NCBI GenBank assembly: GCA_964592745.1
Contig: CAZQFL010000007.1
Location: 375-64,374, forward strand
Origin: an uncultured Desulfurococcaceae archaeon
GTDB taxonomy: Archaea > Thermoproteota > Thermoprotei_A > Sulfolobales > NBVN01
DNA length: 64,000 bases
Reading direction: 5' to 3'
A program made the translations under genes and the position numbers. Numbering within the stretch: position 1 is the first letter of the stretch; the number at the start of each line of letters is the position of its first letter. Shown here piece by piece: positions 59,592 to 64,000 of the stretch. Under the pieces are notes generated by a model. The model was not told where the DNA came from. It saw nothing but the letters and a program-made list of their open reading frames with translations, and searched no databases.

Positions 59592-60542
59592 TTGAGGATA
59601 AGAGCTTCACTAGGTACGTTAATAGCATTAGGGTTAATACGTGGAATCTATACTATAGAACCCGGTATTGCTTATGTAATGCAATATGACCCTAGAGGCT
59701 GTAAGGCTAGTTGTCTTTTCTGTACCCAATCATCTAGCAGTAAGGCTAGTAAGGAGCTATTATCTAGGGTTGTATGGCCTGTAACAGATCTAAATAGTCT
59801 TGTAAGTGCCTTAAAGTCAACCAAGAAGTTTAGAAGAGTATGTCTTCAAACAATAATTAAAGATAACTTCATTGAGGAGGCGCATGAGATAGTGAAAACT
59901 ATTTCAGCTATAGGAATGAATGTATCGCTATCCATAACTCCGATACCCTATAATGAACTAGCTAGGTTTAAGAATGAAGGTGTAGATTACTTAGGTGTAG
60001 GTCTTGATGCATTCTCTGAGGAAATTTTCTTCAAGGTTAAGAAACCCTACTCCTGGCAGGCTTACTGGAAGTTTATAGATTACGGTGTCAAAGTTTTTGG
60101 TAAAGGCAGAGTGATCGTTCACTTAATTGTAGGGTTAGGCGAAACGCTTAGTGAGGCATTAAAAGTTCTTGAGAGAGTCTACAATGTAGGTGCTGAAGCA
60201 TCACTCTTCGCTTATACACCAGTAAAAGGTACGCCACTTGCTAATCTAAGACAGCCTAGCCATACCACATATAGGTTCTTGCAGTTAGTGACTGAACTAC
60301 TATCACGCGGATACAGGCTTAACGACATTATAATATTCAAAAATGGAAAATACTTCATTAGGGATAAGTTAATAGATGATGAAGTACTCCTTAAAGCCCT
60401 AATGACTAGAGGATGCCCTGGATGTAATAGACCATTCTATAATGAATCACCAAAAATCGAGCCATACAATTTCCCAAATATCGATTACCTAGGTAAGTAC
60501 ATCAATAATATTAAGAAGGAGATAAGTAATATAGTAGCATGA
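59592..60542 (+). CDS. radical SAM protein (biotin/lipoyl-synthase-related candidate)
   Basis: CKASCLFC (CxxxCxxC). Divergent from lplA. Confidence 0.75.
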   Translation: MRIRASLGTLIALGLIRGIYTIEPGIAYVMQYDPRGCKASCLFCTQSSSSKASKELLSRVVWPVTDLNSLVSALKSTKKFRRVCLQTIIKDNFIEEAHEIVKTISAIGMNVSLSITPIPYNELARFKNEGVDYLGVGLDAFSEEIFFKVKKPYSWQAYWKFIDYGVKVFGKGRVIVHLIVGLGETLSEALKVLERVYNVGAEASLFAYTPVKGTPLANLRQPSHTTYRFLQLVTELLSRGYRLNDIIIFKNGKYFIRDKLIDDEVLLKALMTRGCPGCNRPFYNESPKIEPYNFPNIDYLGKYINNIKKEISNIVA

Positions 60543-60552
60543 AAATACGTAA

Positions 60553-61353
60553 GTGAAGGTGCTAAAGATAATGTATGATCCTATAATGCTAGGAACCATT
60601 AGTGAAAAGTACTTAATTAAGAAAGTGAAGGGGAAGATACTTAAACCATACTATAGATTTAGACGGGATAGATGGTATGGTGGTGTTGTAACAGCTGATG
60701 TTGCTGGATGTAATCTACGATGTAAGTTCTGCTGGGCTTGGAGAAATGCCTGGACTCTTAAGCCTATAGGCTTACTCTTAAGCCCTGAGGACGTAGCACA
60801 TAAGCTCATAAGCATGGCGAGAAGATTCCGTATTAAGCAAGTCAGGATAAGTGGTGGTGAACCAACGTTGGGTTTTGAACATATTCTAGAGGTAATTGAC
60901 CTAGTAACTAAGCAGGGCCTACATATGATTCTAGAAACAAACGGTATTTTAATAGGTCTAAATAGTCATTATGCTGAGTTACTATCTCAATTTCGTAATA
61001 GAGGAATCGAGATTAGAGTTTCCATTAAGGGTGTTAATCCTGAAGAGTTTTCATTACTGACTGGCGCGAAACCTTATGCCTGGTATTACCAGGTTAAAGC
61101 TCTAGAGAACCTTATTGAATATGGGTTGAGGGTATGTGATGAAGTTTATCCAGCAGTTATGCTGAGTTTTAGTGATAGTAAGAGCTATGAAAAGTTTAAG
61201 AAAGTTTTAGCAACTATAGATGAAACATTACTAAAATGTATTGATGAAGAGTACGTCATAATGTACGATCATGTTAGGGAGTTACTTAATAGGTATGAAT
61301 TGAAACCTAAAAAGTACTTTTACCCTGGCAATATACCTAAGGAGTTTATTTGA
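60553..61353 (+). CDS. radical SAM protein
   Basis: GCNLRCKFCW motif and the GGEPTL SAM-binding motif. Confidence 0.75.
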   Translation: MKVLKIMYDPIMLGTISEKYLIKKVKGKILKPYYRFRRDRWYGGVVTADVAGCNLRCKFCWAWRNAWTLKPIGLLLSPEDVAHKLISMARRFRIKQVRISGGEPTLGFEHILEVIDLVTKQGLHMILETNGILIGLNSHYAELLSQFRNRGIEIRVSIKGVNPEEFSLLTGAKPYAWYYQVKALENLIEYGLRVCDEVYPAVMLSFSDSKSYEKFKKVLATIDETLLKCIDEEYVIMYDHVRELLNRYELKPKKYFYPGNIPKEFI

Positions 61354-62296
61354 TTAGGCCTGAAGTACTGATGACCTTACTCTTCCTCAAACAATGATAA
61401 ACTTTACTCTTTATATCAAGATATTGAGTTTCCCTTAATGCTTTATCTACTACGTATGCTATAGTTTGTACATATCCACTTAATTTACCAAAGAGATTTA
61501 TACTTAAGCCACTCAAGCATTTACCTGCATAAAGACAATTAAGGCATTTAGCTCCAAATCTTAAGCACATATTCTTACTTGGTATGAAGATTTTTCTATG
61601 AACTTCATTGTAAATATTTAAGAATTTCATGAAATTTATGTAGTGAACATCACTTGCTGTAAAGTAAGTATCGTATCCAGCGAAAAGCAAGAATGAATCA
61701 ACAACCTTAGGACCTACATACTTAATCCTTAGCAATTCGTATCTTAATCTCCATGGGTTTCCTTGACCGTATTTCCTTAAAGTTTTCAATAGTGAGTACA
61801 GAACTTTACTTAATTGTTTTAACTGATAACTCTTACTTACACTTATTATTTCTTCCTCACTTAACTCATTTAGATCCTCCTTTAAGCTCAATAATCTATG
61901 GATCCATCTTATAACGTTTCTATGATAATCAGTCCTACGGGATAAAAATGTAGCAGTAAGTATTATTTCTTTATCATAGCTACTAACGATAAGTCTTAAA
62001 TCATTAAAGCATGTTATTAAATTATAAATTTTCTCGTAAACTCTACTATTTACTTCTATTTCATTAATGTAGTCTAATGGATTAAACCATAACCCTGTCC
62101 ATTCTTGAATGGCGTTGTTACAGGCATTTCCTTCACATGTCAACTCATTATTGAGTACGTGTATCTTTGTTCCCTTACCATAACCAAAAATTTTCACCCA
62201 TTCATTAGGTCTAATTTTATGAAATAAGGCAGATACGAAGCTTGGATACATTGATAAATCAAGATTTATTGGAAAGTCTAAGGTCAGTACAAGCAC
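61346..62296 (-). CDS. HhH-GPD-superfamily DNA glycosylase (AlkA/Ogg-like)
   Basis: IKYVGPKVVDSFLLFA helix-hairpin-helix motif followed by an Asp (TASDVH). Confidence 0.6.
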   Translation of the reverse strand: MLVLTLDFPINLDLSMYPSFVSALFHKIRPNEWVKIFGYGKGTKIHVLNNELTCEGNACNNAIQEWTGLWFNPLDYINEIEVNSRVYEKIYNLITCFNDLRLIVSSYDKEIILTATFLSRRTDYHRNVIRWIHRLLSLKEDLNELSEEEIISVSKSYQLKQLSKVLYSLLKTLRKYGQGNPWRLRYELLRIKYVGPKVVDSFLLFAGYDTYFTASDVHYINFMKFLNIYNEVHRKIFIPSKNMCLRFGAKCLNCLYAGKCLSGLSINLFGKLSGYVQTIAYVVDKALRETQYLDIKSKVYHCLRKSKVISTSGLIK

Positions 62297-62306
62297 TTCC
62301 TATACC

Positions 62307-62777
62307 TCATTCTCTTAATGGACCTACGTCAGGGTAGCCTTGTCTTAAGCCTTTACCTGCGTAGGGCCTTAAGCCTTCACCGCCCTTCATGAGTAATGTA
62401 ATGAGATTTTTCGCATGCTTTATTGTTCTGTCAATAGCTATTTTAAGTAGTTCTTCATCACTCTTAGCTTCGTCCTCATGAACTGTTACATCAATCACGT
62501 GCTTGTTAGTTAATAATTGAACTAGCTGTAGTGCCATACTAGCTACAACATAGGATAATTTGTCGATAAACTCTTTACCAACCCATCCCAACGTGATTAC
62601 TCCATCGCAACCGTACTCCTCAATAAGTTTCTTAGCTGCTACAGGTATGTCCTTTATCCCTGGCACAGTGTAGCGTATTACTACTGCTTCAGGTAGTTCA
62701 TTTTTAATAGTTTTCTCAGCTATTGAACCCATATCAACCCTAGCAAACGTTGTATCAACTATTCCTATCTTCTTCAT
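62307..62777 (-). CDS. ribC: archaeal-type riboflavin synthase
   Basis: KIGIVDTTFARVDMGS ... VHEDEAK ... GKGLRQG closely parallels the Methanocaldococcus enzyme as I recall it. Confidence 0.8.
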   Translation of the reverse strand: MKKIGIVDTTFARVDMGSIAEKTIKNELPEAVVIRYTVPGIKDIPVAAKKLIEEYGCDGVITLGWVGKEFIDKLSYVVASMALQLVQLLTNKHVIDVTVHEDEAKSDEELLKIAIDRTIKHAKNLITLLMKGGEGLRPYAGKGLRQGYPDVGPLRE

Positions 62778-63874
62778 GAAATTACCTCCTCTATGAATTT
62801 CCCATTCTCATACACTAAGTCTCCATCAGCATATACCTTACCTTTCTTCATATCCTTAATCATGTCCCAATGTATGGACGAAACATTCTTTCCTCCTGTT
62901 GATGGGTACGCAGCACCTAACGCCATGTGTACAGTTCCACCTATCTTCTCGTCAAAGAGTATCTCTTTAGTAAACCTAGTTATATCGTAATTTAACCCGA
63001 AAGCTACCTCGCCTAATCGTTTAGCTCCATCATCAACCTCCAGCATTTTCTTGAGGAAGTCCTCACCCTTTATGGCATGGGCTTCAACTACCACGCCTCT
63101 CTTAAAGACCAGCTTAACACCCTCAACTTCAATCCCTCTCCATATAGCTGGATAAGTAAATGTAATGTAACCTTCAACGCTGTCCTCATGAGGCGCTGAG
63201 AAAACCTCACCACCTGGCATGTTTTTCTTCCCATCATCATTTATCCAAACCCTTCCATCAACCTTCAAAGTAAGGTCTGTATCATCAGCTACATATCTGA
63301 GCTCTGACACCTTCTTAAGGAAATTAATTATTTTCTCCTGCCATGATGCCTGCTTCCGCCAGGACTCTATAGGATTGTCATAATGTAGTTTAAGTGCTCT
63401 ATATACAAATTCTTCGTACTCTAAAGGACTCATACCCGCTTCCTGAGCTAATGACTTAGTAGGATATGCTGTAACAACCCATCTTAAACTTCCTTCACTA
63501 TCCCTCTTCATAAATATCTCAGTAAGCTTTCTTGTTGCTTGAGCTCTAACTCTTAACTTTTCAGGATTAATATTAATTAAAGGTTTAGTATGAGTTGCTG
63601 ATAGTATGCTTATTCTAACATCTATATTCTCAGCTATGAATACGTCAATTCTTGATAGATACTTTAATAACTCATCTTTCGCATACCTGTAAAATATCTC
63701 AGTAAGTACTTCATCATTAATCACGAGCCTAGGATATGCTCCACGCTCTACAATGCCTCTCCATAATTCCCTAATAAGAGGGTAAGCTTCGTAACTTGAC
63801 GTTATTAAGACTTCATCGAGTTTTTTCACTTCAACACAATAATCTAAGATTAACTTAGCAAACTTAGTTAACAT
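62774..63874 (-). CDS. M29-family aminopeptidase (AmpS/PepS/aminopeptidase T)
   Basis: 366 aa. The overall pattern matches (LILDYCVEVKK..., GGEVFSAPHE, HMALGAAYP, IHWDMI). Confidence 0.85.
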   Translation of the reverse strand: MLTKFAKLILDYCVEVKKLDEVLITSSYEAYPLIRELWRGIVERGAYPRLVINDEVLTEIFYRYAKDELLKYLSRIDVFIAENIDVRISILSATHTKPLININPEKLRVRAQATRKLTEIFMKRDSEGSLRWVVTAYPTKSLAQEAGMSPLEYEEFVYRALKLHYDNPIESWRKQASWQEKIINFLKKVSELRYVADDTDLTLKVDGRVWINDDGKKNMPGGEVFSAPHEDSVEGYITFTYPAIWRGIEVEGVKLVFKRGVVVEAHAIKGEDFLKKMLEVDDGAKRLGEVAFGLNYDITRFTKEILFDEKIGGTVHMALGAAYPSTGGKNVSSIHWDMIKDMKKGKVYADGDLVYENGKFIEEVIS

Positions 63875-64000
63875 GTAGTCACCGAGTAACTATTAATAAG
63901 CTATAATTAAAACTTAAACAAGCTCTAGAGAATAATGCTTTAGTGTGATTGATGAGGTTAGACAATTCATGGATTAAAGTACTTAGTTACCCTAAAGGAG

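Noticed and set aside
63940-64000. A UUGAUGAGG box-C-like sequence near the right edge of the window.
   Set aside because: It is a single degenerate box with no D/D' partner inside the window, and the window ends before it could be evaluated.
1-64000. A whole-window search for CRISPR arrays, rRNA genes, IS elements, transposases and long direct repeats.
   Set aside because: None was seen by eye. The only mobile-element signature is the homing-endonuclease intron in the tRNA.

Overview
This is a visibly AT-rich archaeal chromosome segment in which only the structural-RNA pieces are GC-rich. The gene content looks crenarchaeal and Thermoproteales-like; that placement is an inference from gene content, not a database match.

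Main blocks:
- 3.0-9.7 kb: the archaeal exosome/proteasome superoperon (psmA, SBDS, rrp4, rrp41, rrp42, L37Ae, Brix, Pcc1-like, prefoldin beta, one unlisted small ORF, a DHH phosphoesterase), followed by XPF and EF-2.
- 12.7-30 kb, housekeeping and metabolism: HDAC-type deacetylase, NAD epimerase, H+-pyrophosphatase, ThiI, SAH hydrolase, cysteine-synthase-family enzyme, nitrilase-family hydrolase, GT39-like membrane glycosyltransferase, pyruvate phosphate dikinase, Lrp.
- 30-42.6 kb: a thiolase/DUF35 operon, PheRS alpha and beta, Hel308, a B12-radical SAM protein, a PHP phosphoesterase, archaemetzincin.
- 42.7-64 kb: a NurA/HerA pair, birA with a divergent bioY-ECF transporter, glmS plus a sugar-1-P nucleotidyltransferase, ACD-alpha plus iorAB, a lipoate-ligase/radical-SAM cluster, an HhH-GPD glycosylase, archaeal riboflavin synthase, and an M29 aminopeptidase.

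The standout is at 948-1835 on the minus strand. Four short GC-rich pieces assemble into a canonical initiator-type tRNA(CAU) interrupted three times. The third interruption sits in the T-loop, is 718 nt long, is bounded by a textbook bulge-helix-bulge motif, and carries a two-motif LAGLIDADG homing endonuclease ORF.

Other observations:
- Three conserved coding regions have no ATG/GTG/TTG where their N-termini must lie (Hel308, PheS, an unlisted ORF).
- Two candidate C/D-box sRNAs.
- A nested palindrome in the birA/bioY control region.
- A catalytically degenerate HMG-CoA-synthase-like gene in the thiolase operon.

I saw no CRISPR array, rRNA gene or transposase.
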